This document shows, one piece after another, positions 30,421 through 39,666 of a stretch of 64,000 nt of DNA (position 1 is the stretch's first letter; every line of letters begins with the position of its first letter). Position numbers and translations under genes: made by a program. Origin of the DNA: Pseudohongiellaceae bacterium (GTDB lineage Bacteria > Pseudomonadota > Gammaproteobacteria > Pseudomonadales > Dasaniaceae); assembly GCA_051277005.1 (NCBI GenBank), contig JBNMPS010000001.1, positions 1,337 through 65,336 of the forward strand, given 5' to 3'. The notes under the pieces are model-generated. The model was not told the DNA's origin, did no database searches, and worked only from the letters and a program-made list of their open reading frames with translations.

Positions 30421-30449
30421 CTGGATGCCGGGTCGTGGCCCGGCAAGAC
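30421..30449 (-). repeat. REP-like palindromic element (inverse orientation)
   Basis: CTGGATGCCGGGTCGTGGCCCGGCAAGAC is a near reverse complement of GTCATGCCGGGCTCGACCCGGTATCCAG (47130-47157). Confidence 0.6.
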
Positions 30450-30522
30450 GCTGTAATAATTATTCCGGACTGTCGTGCGCCTGCTCGGGAATAGCTCCAT
30501 TTAACAAAAAAGAGTCATAATC

Positions 30523-33507
30523 TTGAATCCACAAGATACCCAAACAAAAATACTTCCCCCTCAGCTACAAACAGTTTTTGATAAAAGACTGCAATACTTC
30601 AATGACCGCAACCCCGATTACAGTGCTTGGCTGCAAGTAGAGCTTGTCGACAGTCACTTCGCGCAACAACTCCAAACCATATGGACTTGTAGTCCCTTTG
30701 CCTTTGAGCAGTGTCAGCGAAAACCTGAAGACTTCAAAGATTTTATTGCGCAGGACGGAGCATTAACAGTCCACACTGCCGAATCAATGCGCCAGGCGCT
30801 CAGCGAAAAGCTTGCGGATATTGACGATAAAGAACAATTTGATAGTGTCTTGCGGAAATTTCGTAATCAGCAAATGCTGCGTATTATTTGGCGAGACTTT
30901 AATCGCGTGGCGGATATGGTAGAGACAACCGCCAATGTGAGTTACTTGGCGGATGCATGCATCCAGCTTACCGTGTCGTTTCACCATCAGGCCTTAGTGA
31001 AAAGTTATGGCGAACCCAGCGCGTTAATTGATGGCGAGCAAGTGCCGCAGCAGTTATTGGTTTTAGGTATGGGTAAGCTAGGGGCCTATGAGCTAAACCT
31101 CTCTTCAGATATTGATTTGATATTTTGCTTTCCTGATTCCGGTGAAACTATAGGCGAAAAACGCTCTTTAGATAACCACACTTTTTTTAGCCGATTAGGT
31201 CAGCGCATCATTCAAAGTATTGATGCCTTGACCGACGATGGTTTTGTATTTCGTGTGGATATGCGTTTGCGTCCCTATGGTGATAGCGGGCCCTTGGTGC
31301 AAAGTTTTTCTGCCATGGAACAGTACTATCAAGAGCAGGGTCGGGACTGGGAACGCTACGCCATGATTAAGGCGCGTGTCGCCGCCGGACCTGCTGCTGA
31401 TGCGCGCAGGTTAATCGAGATGTTACGGCCGTTTACCTATCGCAAATATATCGATTTCACGGCCATCGACTCTTTGCGCGCCATGAAAAAAATGATCCAG
31501 CAAGAGTTGCTGCGCAGGCAGTTGTCGGGTGATATTAAGTTGGGTGCTGGTGGCATTCGTGAAGTTGAATTTATCGTGCAAAGCTTTCAGTTGATTCGCG
31601 GAGGGCGAGAGCTAGAGCTGCAGGAGCGTTCTTTGTTGGCGGTGCTCAATAGTTTACTCGTCAGCGAATATTTACCCGCGCAAGTGGTGACAGAGTTGCG
31701 GGAAGCGTATTTCTTTTTGCGCAATACCGAGCATGCTATTCAGGGCTATCAAGATAAACAAACGCAGCAGTTGCCCATGGATGATCTGCCGCGGCGGGCC
31801 ATTGCGTATAGCATGGGGTTTGGTACTTGGGTTGATTTTGATTTGGTTTTAAAAAATCATCGCGATAATGTGATGAAACGTTTCTCGGAGGTGATTAGTG
31901 ATGCCCCTGAGGATGAGCAGCAGCGCAGCGCTGAGTTGCGTTGGCAGGGGCTTTGGCTCGATGAACAAACGTTACAAGAAATGCAATCAGTGTTAGAGCG
32001 GGGCGGCCATGAGCAGGCCAAAATAATTGCCGAGCGAATGATTCGGTTTAAGCAGAGTCAGCAAGTCGCAAGAATGCCCGCTTCAGGTCGAGATCGTTTA
32101 AATCAATTTATGCCGTTGCTAATTCAAGCGGTAACCCATAGCGAGCAGGCTTCACAAACGCTATTGCGAATCTTCCCTTTTGTTGAGTCAGTGCTACGCC
32201 GCACGGCTTATTTGGTTTTATTGGTAGAAAACCAAGGTGCAATGAAAGAGTTAGTCAACTTATGTGCTGCCAGCCCTTGGATATCGACCCAATTGGCAAG
32301 GCATCCGGTGTTGCTAGATGAGTTGCTTAATGCCAGTAGTCTTTATCACGCACCCAATAAAACCGAACTGCAGGATGACCTTAAACAGCAAGTTTTGCGC
32401 CTGCCATTAAACGATTTAGAGGCGCATATGGAAACGCTGCGTTATTTTCGTTTGGCTCATCTATTAAAAGTGGCAGCGTGCGAAGTGTCGGGCCGGTTAC
32501 CATTAATGACGGTGAGTGATTACCTGAGCTGGCTTGCCGAGGTGATTTTAGAGCATGTGATGGCGGTGGCCTGGCATAACTTAGAGGAGCGTCACGGTAG
32601 TCCGCAGCAATCTGAGGGGGTGCCCTGTGAACGGCGCTTTATCGTGGTGGGTTATGGCAAATTAGGCGGCTTAGAGCTGGGGCATGGTTCTGATCTGGAT
32701 CTGGTTTTTATCCATGATGTGCCCAGCCAGCAAATAACCAACGGCGCGCGCCCCATCGACAACAGTATGTTTATGACTCGTTTGGGTCAGCGCATGATTC
32801 ACATTTTAACGACCCAAACTCCGCTGGGTGCGCTCTATGATACCGATATGCGCTTAAGGCCCTCCGGAGATTCAGGTATGTTGACTACCTCCCTGCAAGC
32901 CTATGAGCATTATATGAAGGGAGAAGCTTGGGTATGGGAGCATCAAGCTGTGGTGCGGGCTAGAGTGGTGGCAGGCCATAAGCAATTAGCAAAAGATTTT
33001 GAGCGGGTGCGAGAATCGATCTTAGCCACCGAACGCGATGAGGCAGAGTTACAGCGTGAAGTAACCGCTATGCGGAAGAAAATGCGCGATCATTTATTAT
33101 CCAAAGTGACGGATAAGGCAGGCGAGCCCAAAGCAGAGCAAATATTTCCTATTAAACAGGGCTTGGGTGGTATCGTAGACATCGAATTTATGGTGCAATA
33201 CGCCGTTTTAGCTTGGTCACATAAATACTCAGCGTTAACCGCCTTCACAGATAATATTCGTATTTTGGAGTCGCTTCAAAATGAGGGCTTATTTACTGAG
33301 TTAGAGGTTGCTGCGCTTATCGACGCTTATAAAGAGTACCGCTCACTAGCGCACAAATTAAGCTTGCAAGAGCAGGCGGTAGAAGTGCCTGTCGAGGCTG
33401 TATCAGTGCATAAACAGGCGGTACGGCAAAAGTGGCTGCAGCTATTTGGTGGTGAGCCGGAGGCTGAATCTTCGAGTAAAGTCGAAGATTCACTGAGTAA
33501 AAAGTAA
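30523..33507 (+). CDS. glnE: bifunctional glutamine synthetase adenylyltransferase/adenylyl-removing enzyme
   Basis: 994 aa, with two nucleotidyltransferase domains (GMGKLGAYELNLSSDIDL and GYGKLGGLELGHGSDLDL). TTG start. Confidence 0.95.
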   Translation: MNPQDTQTKILPPQLQTVFDKRLQYFNDRNPDYSAWLQVELVDSHFAQQLQTIWTCSPFAFEQCQRKPEDFKDFIAQDGALTVHTAESMRQALSEKLADIDDKEQFDSVLRKFRNQQMLRIIWRDFNRVADMVETTANVSYLADACIQLTVSFHHQALVKSYGEPSALIDGEQVPQQLLVLGMGKLGAYELNLSSDIDLIFCFPDSGETIGEKRSLDNHTFFSRLGQRIIQSIDALTDDGFVFRVDMRLRPYGDSGPLVQSFSAMEQYYQEQGRDWERYAMIKARVAAGPAADARRLIEMLRPFTYRKYIDFTAIDSLRAMKKMIQQELLRRQLSGDIKLGAGGIREVEFIVQSFQLIRGGRELELQERSLLAVLNSLLVSEYLPAQVVTELREAYFFLRNTEHAIQGYQDKQTQQLPMDDLPRRAIAYSMGFGTWVDFDLVLKNHRDNVMKRFSEVISDAPEDEQQRSAELRWQGLWLDEQTLQEMQSVLERGGHEQAKIIAERMIRFKQSQQVARMPASGRDRLNQFMPLLIQAVTHSEQASQTLLRIFPFVESVLRRTAYLVLLVENQGAMKELVNLCAASPWISTQLARHPVLLDELLNASSLYHAPNKTELQDDLKQQVLRLPLNDLEAHMETLRYFRLAHLLKVAACEVSGRLPLMTVSDYLSWLAEVILEHVMAVAWHNLEERHGSPQQSEGVPCERRFIVVGYGKLGGLELGHGSDLDLVFIHDVPSQQITNGARPIDNSMFMTRLGQRMIHILTTQTPLGALYDTDMRLRPSGDSGMLTTSLQAYEHYMKGEAWVWEHQAVVRARVVAGHKQLAKDFERVRESILATERDEAELQREVTAMRKKMRDHLLSKVTDKAGEPKAEQIFPIKQGLGGIVDIEFMVQYAVLAWSHKYSALTAFTDNIRILESLQNEGLFTELEVAALIDAYKEYRSLAHKLSLQEQAVEVPVEAVSVHKQAVRQKWLQLFGGEPEAESSSKVEDSLSKK

Positions 33508-33573
33508 TGCGACGAAAGTAACGTAGAACCAAGTAAACCCAATCAAAACTAGTAAATAGCTTAGGAGTAAATT

Positions 33574-34500
33574 ATGTCAATGGCCGATCGTGATGGTCTA
33601 ATTTGGTTGGATGGCGAAATGGTGCCTTGGCGCGAAGCCAAAGTGCACGTGTTAACCCACACCTTGCACTATGGCTTGGGTGTATTTGAGGGCGTGCGCG
33701 CCTATAACACCGAGAGTGATGGCACCTCTATTTTTCGTTTGCAGGAGCACACCGATAGGCTGTTTCGCTCTGCGCATATTCTCAGCATGCAAATGCCTTT
33801 TGATAAAGAAACGCTTAACGAAGCGCAAAAGGCTGTGGTACGCGAAAACAATTTAGACGAGGCATATTTGCGGCCCATGTGTTTTTACGGTTCAGAAGGG
33901 ATGGGCTTGCGTGCCGATAACCTAAAAACGCACGTTATGGTTGCCGCTTGGGAGTGGCCTTCTTATATGTCACCCGAGGCGAAAGAGCTGGGCATTAAAG
34001 TGCGCACGTCTTCTTACACCCGTCATCACGTTAACATCACTATGTGTAAAGCTAAGGCTAACGGCAACTACATAAACTCCATGTTGGCGTTAAAAGAAGC
34101 GTTAGATTGCGGTTGCGAAGAAGCGTTGCTGCTCGATAACGAAGGTTATGTGGCTGAAGGTAGTGGCGAGAATTTTTTCCTTATCTATAAAGATACTATC
34201 TACACACCAGAGCTAACTAGCTGCTTAGACGGCATCACCCGCGGTACCATTTTTGAGTTGGCGGCTGAGTTGGGTTATACCATTCGCGAAAAACGCATTA
34301 CTCGCGATGAAGTTTATGTTGCCGACGAAGCTTTCTTCACCGGTACGGCGGCTGAAGTATTGCCCATCCGTGAACTGGATGGCCGTGTTATTGGCAGTGG
34401 TAAGCGTGGCCCAATTACCGAAAAACTACAGGCTATGTATTTTGATTCGGTTAAAGGTCGCAGACCTCAAAACCGTGATTGGTTAACACCGGTTGCTTAA
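33574..34500 (+). CDS. ilvE: branched-chain amino acid aminotransferase
   Basis: 308 aa. Class IV aminotransferase motifs (HTLHYGLGVFEG.RAY, EGSGENFF). Synteny glnE-ilvE-waaF. Confidence 0.95.
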   Translation: MSMADRDGLIWLDGEMVPWREAKVHVLTHTLHYGLGVFEGVRAYNTESDGTSIFRLQEHTDRLFRSAHILSMQMPFDKETLNEAQKAVVRENNLDEAYLRPMCFYGSEGMGLRADNLKTHVMVAAWEWPSYMSPEAKELGIKVRTSSYTRHHVNITMCKAKANGNYINSMLALKEALDCGCEEALLLDNEGYVAEGSGENFFLIYKDTIYTPELTSCLDGITRGTIFELAAELGYTIREKRITRDEVYVADEAFFTGTAAEVLPIRELDGRVIGSGKRGPITEKLQAMYFDSVKGRRPQNRDWLTPVA

Positions 34501-34589
34501 ATGATCGACCATTATTCCGGCAGTGTTTTAGCCGGAACCCAGAGTGTTGCGTGCTAAATCATGACGCTGAGATAGACATAAAGTATCCT

Positions 34590-35624
34590 ATGGCAAACAG
34601 CTTCAAGAAAATCCTAATCGTTGGCCCTTCCTGGGTTGGTGACATGGTGATGGCGCAATCCCTCTTTATTGCCCTCAGGCAAAAACATCCTAATTGCATT
34701 ATTGATGTGTTGGCGCTTGAGTGGAGCCTGCCTATTCTTGAGCGTATGCCAGAAGTCCGCCGTGGCATTGTCATGCCTATTGGGCATGGCAAGCTAGCGC
34801 TAGGGTTACGGCAGCGCTTAGGGCAATCACTAGAGAGTGAGCAATACGACCAAGCCATCGTGTTACCCAATTCCATTAAGTCAGCGTTGATTCCCTTTTT
34901 TGCTGGTATTCCAGAGCGTACGGGCTGGCGTGGCGAGATGCGCTATTTTTTACTTAACGACATCCGCCTACTCAGTAAAAAACGTTATCCCTTAATGGTA
35001 CAGCGATTTTTGGCTTTGGCGCATAAGCCGGGCGCTGAATTACCCGCTGAGTTACCAAAACCCGCTTTACAGGTGAATCAGCAAAACGCCAAAGCGGTAC
35101 TGCAAAAATTTGCATTGGGCGATAAGCCCTTCTTGGCGCTGTGCCCCGGCGCAGAATTTGGTCCCGCCAAGCAGTGGCCTGCTAAACACTATGCGGCGGT
35201 CGCAGAAGACTATATCACCCGTGGCTGGCAAGTGGCCTTGTTTGGTTCTACTAACGATCAGCCAGTGGGGCAAGATATTCGTGGGCAGCTTAGTGCCGAC
35301 GCTCAGCTTCAGTGTTTTAGCTTAGCGGGTGAAACCACGTTAGAAGAAGCGGTAGATGTGTTGTCGCAGGCATCGGCTGTGGTCAGTAATGATTCAGGCC
35401 TAATGCACATTGCCGCCGCATTAGGTAGGCCGATGGCGGTGGTTTACGGATCAACTTCGCCTAAGTTTACACCACCACTCAGTGATAATGTTAAAGTTGA
35501 GCAGCTTGAAGTTGATTGTGGACCGTGTTTTAAGCGTGAATGCCCGCAGGGGCATTTAAAGTGTTTACAAAATTTAGAAGCGAGCCGAGTAATAAAATCA
35601 CTGGACAGCTTATTAGATAATTAG
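34590..35624 (+). CDS. waaF: ADP-heptose:LPS heptosyltransferase II
   Basis: MANSFKKILIVGPSWVGDMVMAQSLF is the GT9 N-terminus. The ATG at 34590 is chosen over the ORF-track start at 34479, which overlaps ilvE. Confidence 0.9.
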   Translation: MANSFKKILIVGPSWVGDMVMAQSLFIALRQKHPNCIIDVLALEWSLPILERMPEVRRGIVMPIGHGKLALGLRQRLGQSLESEQYDQAIVLPNSIKSALIPFFAGIPERTGWRGEMRYFLLNDIRLLSKKRYPLMVQRFLALAHKPGAELPAELPKPALQVNQQNAKAVLQKFALGDKPFLALCPGAEFGPAKQWPAKHYAAVAEDYITRGWQVALFGSTNDQPVGQDIRGQLSADAQLQCFSLAGETTLEEAVDVLSQASAVVSNDSGLMHIAAALGRPMAVVYGSTSPKFTPPLSDNVKVEQLEVDCGPCFKRECPQGHLKCLQNLEASRVIKSLDSLLDN

Positions 35625-35632
35625 CCGTGTTT

Positions 35633-35730
35633 GTCATACCGGTCTTGAACGTCATACCGGCCTTGAGCCGGTATCCAAGAAAAGTTGATCGTCATACCGG
35701 CCTTGAGCCGGTATCCAGGAAAAGTTGGAC
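35633..35730 (+). repeat. REP-like palindromic units in tandem (one partial plus two 40-bp units)
   Basis: GTCATACCGGCCTTGAGCCGGTATCCA(A/G)GAAAAGTTG(A/G)(T/A)C repeated at 35651 and 35691. Each unit contains the inverted repeat ATACCGGC/GCCGGTAT. Confidence 0.85.
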
Positions 35731-35803
35731 GAGAGTTTGGAAGCTGCAGCTAATTGAAAAAGTGAACCCAAATTGGGATGACTTGTGGTTTGATATCATC
35801 TAG
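35731..35803 (+). pseudogene. 3-prime remnant (last 22-23 codons) of a GIY-YIG nuclease gene
   Basis: It translates to (R)VWKLQLIEKVNPNWDDLWFDII*, nearly identical to the C-terminus of the intact gene 400 bp downstream. No upstream coding part is present. Confidence 0.8.
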
Positions 35804-35895
35804 TGATGCTGGATTCCGGGTCAGGCCCGGAATGACAGCTTGATACCGGTATCCAGGAAAGTTGACCGTCATGCCGGCCTTGAGCCGGTATCCAG
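35731..35895 (+). repeat. 165-bp direct repeat, left copy (GIY-YIG tail + inverse REP hairpin + forward REP)
   Basis: Aligns base-for-base with 36133-36297, with about 9 mismatches by eye. Confidence 0.85.
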
Positions 35896-35914
35896 AATAT
35901 AAAAGGAGCCAAGG

Positions 35915-36205
35915 ATGGCGAAGCAATCGGCAGTATATATATTGGCCAGTAAGCGAAATGGCACTTTGTATGTTGGCGTGACCAGTAATTTAGTTCAGCG
36001 CATTTGGCAGCACAGAAACAACGAAGCGGATAGCTTCACAAAAAAACATAGTATACATAGGCTGGTTTATTATGAGCAAACATCCAGCATTACTGCGGCA
36101 ATTGTAAGAGAAAAGAATCTGAAGAACTGGAAGAGAGCCTGGAAGCTGCAGCTAATTGAAAAAGCGAACCCAAATTGGGATGATTTGTGGTTTGATATCA
36201 TCTAG
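35915..36205 (+). CDS. GIY-YIG nuclease family protein (COG2827/URI-domain type, 96 aa)
   Basis: AVYILASKRNGTLYVGVTSNLVQRIWQH...LVYYE...AIVREKNLKNWKRAWKLQLIE..NP.W.DL is the canonical small GIY-YIG family. SD GGAG upstream. Confidence 0.85.
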   Translation: MAKQSAVYILASKRNGTLYVGVTSNLVQRIWQHRNNEADSFTKKHSIHRLVYYEQTSSITAAIVREKNLKNWKRAWKLQLIEKANPNWDDLWFDII

Positions 36206-36297
36206 TGATCCTGGATTCCGGGTCAGGCCCGGAATGACAGCTTGATGCCGGTATCCAGGAAAGTTGACCGTCATGCCAGCTTAGAGCCGGTATCCAG
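36133..36297 (+). repeat. 165-bp direct repeat, right copy
   Basis: See the left copy. It includes the 3-prime end of the intact GIY-YIG gene and the downstream REP pair. Confidence 0.85.
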
Positions 36298-36537
36298 GGA
36301 AAGTTGACCGTCATGCCAGCTTAGAGCCGGTATCCAGGAAAAGTTGATCGTCATACCGGCCTTGAGACGGTATCCAGGAAAAGTTGACCGTCATAACGGC
36401 CTTGAGACGGTATCTAGGAAAAATTGACCGACATACCAGCCTAGGGCCGGTATCCAGGAAAAGTTGACCGTCATACCGGCCTTGAGCCGGTATCCAGGAA
36501 AAGTTGACCGTCATACCGGCCTTGAGCCGGTATCCAG
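36270..36537 (+). repeat. tandem array of 7 REP-like units, exact 40-bp period
   Basis: Units start at 36270, 36310, 36350, 36390, 36430, 36470 and 36510. Consensus GTCATACCGGCCTTGAGCCGGTATCCAGGAAAAGTTGACC. The inter-palindrome 13 nt are conserved too. Confidence 0.9.
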
Positions 36538-36656
36538 AGGCTTGCAGGGTCAGATATTTAATAGCGCTGAACATATTCAGTGCCGATAAACAGAATTGAA
36601 ATTATCTCAGCTGGCATAAATACTATGCTGAACGCTAAAAAAAGGTCATCGCTTAA

Positions 36657-37691
36657 ATGCGCGTACTCGTCATTAAAACATCCTCCATGGGTGATGTCAT
36701 ACACACCCTGCCAGCATTAAACGATGCGGTCAAAGCAATACCCGGTATTCGATTTGACTGGGTTGTAGAAGAGGGTTTTGATGAAATCCCCAGTTGGCAT
36801 CCTGCCGTTGAAGACGTTATCCCGGTTGCTATCCGTCGCTGGCGCAAAAGTATTTTTCAGGCCATGCGCAGCGCCGAGTGGAAACAATGTAAACAAATGT
36901 TGCGCCAGCGCCATTACGATTGTGTGATTGATGCCCAGGGGTTGTTAAAAAGTGCTTGGCTTGCGCGTTACACCCGTGCGCCTCGTTTTGGTTACGACAA
37001 AGAGTCTGTGCGCGAACGTTTAGCGACGTTTGTCTATCATCACAAAATCAATGTGCCTAAAAAACTGCATGCGGTTGAGCGCACTCGGCGTTTGTTTGCC
37101 GAGTCGTTGGGTTATAAGTTGCCGCAACAAAATGGTAATGCTGTTAAGGGTACTTACGGTATCGATAAAAGCCGATTTAAAACCTCAGGTGAGATTCAAC
37201 CCAACATCGTTTTTTTGCACGGGACTACACGCCACAATAAACATTGGCCAGAAGATTACTGGGTGAGCTTGTGTAAAAAAATCTGCGCTCAAGGTTATAA
37301 GGTCTATTTACCTTGGGGTAATGAGGTCGAGCGTAATAGAGCCAAATTTATCGCCCAAAAAACAAACTGTGCTGAAGTATTGCCCAAATTAAATATTCGC
37401 GGAGTTGCCTGTGTGTTGGCTAAAGCGAGTGCCGTCGTGGCGGTTGATACCGGCTTGGGCCATTTAACGGCCGCATTAAATATCCCCGCTATTTCTTTAT
37501 ACGGCACAACCTCACCCGATTTAGTGGGGGCCTACGGTGAGAATCAAATTCATCTTTGCGCTAAAGACTTCCCCGCAGTAAGTGATACCAGTATCGACCC
37601 TTTCGAGATGGCGGCATTAACCCCTGAGATAGTGGCGGATAAATTACTTCCATTGTTGCCCGTTATTTCACAGCCTAAGGTCTTAGGTTAA
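36657..37691 (+). CDS. waaC: ADP-heptose:LPS heptosyltransferase I
   Basis: MRVLVIKTSSMGDVIHTLPALNDA is the GT9 N-terminus. 344 aa. Position after waaF. Confidence 0.9.
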   Translation: MRVLVIKTSSMGDVIHTLPALNDAVKAIPGIRFDWVVEEGFDEIPSWHPAVEDVIPVAIRRWRKSIFQAMRSAEWKQCKQMLRQRHYDCVIDAQGLLKSAWLARYTRAPRFGYDKESVRERLATFVYHHKINVPKKLHAVERTRRLFAESLGYKLPQQNGNAVKGTYGIDKSRFKTSGEIQPNIVFLHGTTRHNKHWPEDYWVSLCKKICAQGYKVYLPWGNEVERNRAKFIAQKTNCAEVLPKLNIRGVACVLAKASAVVAVDTGLGHLTAALNIPAISLYGTTSPDLVGAYGENQIHLCAKDFPAVSDTSIDPFEMAALTPEIVADKLLPLLPVISQPKVLG

Positions 37692-37696
37692 CGACT

Positions 37697-38839
37697 ATGA
37701 AAATTGCATTCTGCCTTTATAAATATTTCCCCTACGGTGGATTGCAACGCGACTTTATGCGATTTTTGCAAGAGGCTCAAAGTCGCGGCTATGATTGCCG
37801 TATCTATTGCATTAAATGGCAGGGTGAACGACCTAGTCATGTCGATTTGCGGTTTGTGCCTGTAAAAGCGTTTAGTAATCACCGTCGTAACGAAAAATAC
37901 GCCCGCTGGGTGCAGCAAGATTTAGCCCGTGACCCGGTCGATGTGGTGTTTGGTTTTAACAAAATGCCAGGGCTGGATATATATTATGCGGCAGACTCCT
38001 GCTATGAAGATAAAGCTAAAAATAGTCGTGGCTGGTTGTATCGTTTAAGCGCCCGTTACAAACATTTCTCCAAATATGAACAGGAAGTTTTTTCTCGCGG
38101 CCATCAATCCGATATTTTACTGATATCCGAAATCGAAAAAAACAAATTTGTTGAGCACTATCAAACCGAAGCGCGGCGCATGCACATGCTGCCGCCTGGT
38201 ATTAGTAAAGACCGCTGCGCGCCCGACAATGCCTTAGAGGTTCGCCAGCAATTTAGGCAAGAGTTTGGTCTAGCCGATGATGACAATTTACTGTTGTTTG
38301 TAGGGTCGGGCTTTATCAAAAAAGGTTTGGATAGGGCTATTACGGCATTAGCTGGTTTGCCTAAAGACGTACAAAATAAAACCCGTTTATTTATTTTGGG
38401 GCAAGATAAACAAACCAGGTTTGAACAGTTGGCCAAGCAGCTTAATGTGGCGGACAACGTTAGCTTTATGTCGGGCCGTGATGATGTGCCTCGCTTTTTA
38501 TTAGGGGCCGACGTGCTGGTGCACCCAGCATTAGATGAGGCGGCCGGCATTGTCTTACTAGAGGCTTTGGTCGCAGGCTTGCCCGTATTGGTAACGGATG
38601 TCTGCGGTTATGCTCCGTTTATTGATAAGGCTAAGGCGGGGGTTGTTTTGTTGTCGCCATTTAAACAAGAGATGATGAATAAAATTTTGCTGATGATGCT
38701 CGATAAACAGCAAGCTAAGCGATGGCAAAAAAATGCCATCGCCTATTCCAAAGCAGAAGATTTGTATAGCATGCATGCAACTGGCATCGATATTTTAGAG
38801 CGCAGTTACCGGCGCCTGAAAAATAAAGTGGGTGGATAA
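37697..38839 (+). CDS. waaG: LPS core glucosyltransferase I (GT4)
   Basis: MKIAFCLYKYFPYGGLQRDFMRF...NHRRNEKY closely parallels Pseudomonas WaaG. It has the C-terminal E..G...LEA motif. Confidence 0.87.
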   Translation: MKIAFCLYKYFPYGGLQRDFMRFLQEAQSRGYDCRIYCIKWQGERPSHVDLRFVPVKAFSNHRRNEKYARWVQQDLARDPVDVVFGFNKMPGLDIYYAADSCYEDKAKNSRGWLYRLSARYKHFSKYEQEVFSRGHQSDILLISEIEKNKFVEHYQTEARRMHMLPPGISKDRCAPDNALEVRQQFRQEFGLADDDNLLLFVGSGFIKKGLDRAITALAGLPKDVQNKTRLFILGQDKQTRFEQLAKQLNVADNVSFMSGRDDVPRFLLGADVLVHPALDEAAGIVLLEALVAGLPVLVTDVCGYAPFIDKAKAGVVLLSPFKQEMMNKILLMMLDKQQAKRWQKNAIAYSKAEDLYSMHATGIDILERSYRRLKNKVGG

Positions 38840-39666
38840 TGGAACTTTATATTCGGGGTGATATAGAACAGGTTTGGGGTGACAGCGATCCCTTCGATGA
38901 AGTGGCAAAGCTGCAGGGCGAGGTGTATCGCAATAAAGAAGGCCGGACAACGCTGCAAACAACCATCGGTGACCGTAGCTTTTTTCTCAAGATCCATCGT
39001 GGCATAGGTTGGAAAGAGATTTTCAAAAACGTACTGCAGTGTCGTTTGCCAATAATCGGTGCCAGTAATGAGTTTGAGGCGGCAGAGAAATTAGCCGGCC
39101 TGGGGGTGAATACACTCACCACCGCGGCCTTTGGTAAAAAAGGCTTAAACCCCGCCAAACAACTCTCTTTTATCCTTACTGAAGACTTAGTTGATACCAT
39201 CAGCCTAGAAGATTACTGCGCTGACTGGCCGGTTAATAAACCCAGTTTTGCGCATAAAAAAGCATTGATTGAATTGGTCGCTAACGTTAGCCGTATCATG
39301 CACGGCGCGGGCATTAATCATCGTGATTACTATATTTGTCACTTTTTGTTGGCGAAAAGCTCATTGCAAGATTTAACGCATCCAATATGTTTTTTAATCG
39401 ACCTGCACCGAGCGCAAATGAGAAGTAAAACGCCAGTGCGGTGGGCGGTGAAAGATATCGCGGGCTTGTATTTTTCAGCGATGGATATTGGGATCACTAA
39501 GCGCGACTGTTTACGGTTCATGAAAGTGTATTGCCAAGCGCAAAACACCGAACAAGTCCGCTCAAAAATTGAGGTAAGCTTTTGGTGTAGTGTCAACGAC
39601 AAGGCGCTGGCGTTATATCGAAAAGATCATGGTAAGGCTTCTCCCTGCGAAACTTGGTGGCAGTAG
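38839..39666 (+). CDS. waaP: LPS core heptose(I) kinase
   Basis: DPFDEVAKLQGEVYRNKEGRTTL....FFLKIHRGIGWKEIFKN and INHRDYYICHFLL are WaaP/RfaP signatures. Confidence 0.88.
   Translation: MELYIRGDIEQVWGDSDPFDEVAKLQGEVYRNKEGRTTLQTTIGDRSFFLKIHRGIGWKEIFKNVLQCRLPIIGASNEFEAAEKLAGLGVNTLTTAAFGKKGLNPAKQLSFILTEDLVDTISLEDYCADWPVNKPSFAHKKALIELVANVSRIMHGAGINHRDYYICHFLLAKSSLQDLTHPICFLIDLHRAQMRSKTPVRWAVKDIAGLYFSAMDIGITKRDCLRFMKVYCQAQNTEQVRSKIEVSFWCSVNDKALALYRKDHGKASPCETWWQ

Noticed and set aside
34479-34589. ORF-track N-terminal extension of waaF (start at 34479)
   Set aside because: It overlaps the ilvE 3-prime end, and the extension has no similarity to heptosyltransferases. The conserved GT9 N-terminus begins at the ATG at 34590.
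36270-36537. Regularly spaced 40-bp repeats that could be mistaken for a CRISPR array
   Set aside because: The 12-13 nt between palindromes is itself conserved (GAAAAGTTGACC), so there are no unique spacers. The period is too short, no cas genes are nearby, and the same palindrome is dispersed singly elsewhere. It is a REP/BIME-like element.
36311-36574. 87-aa ORF on the minus strand (and ORFs 46890..47132 and 46927..47181)
   Set aside because: They lie entirely within the REP-like repeats. Their periodic peptide sequence (RYRLKAVMTVNFSWIP...) is a translation artefact of the tandem units.
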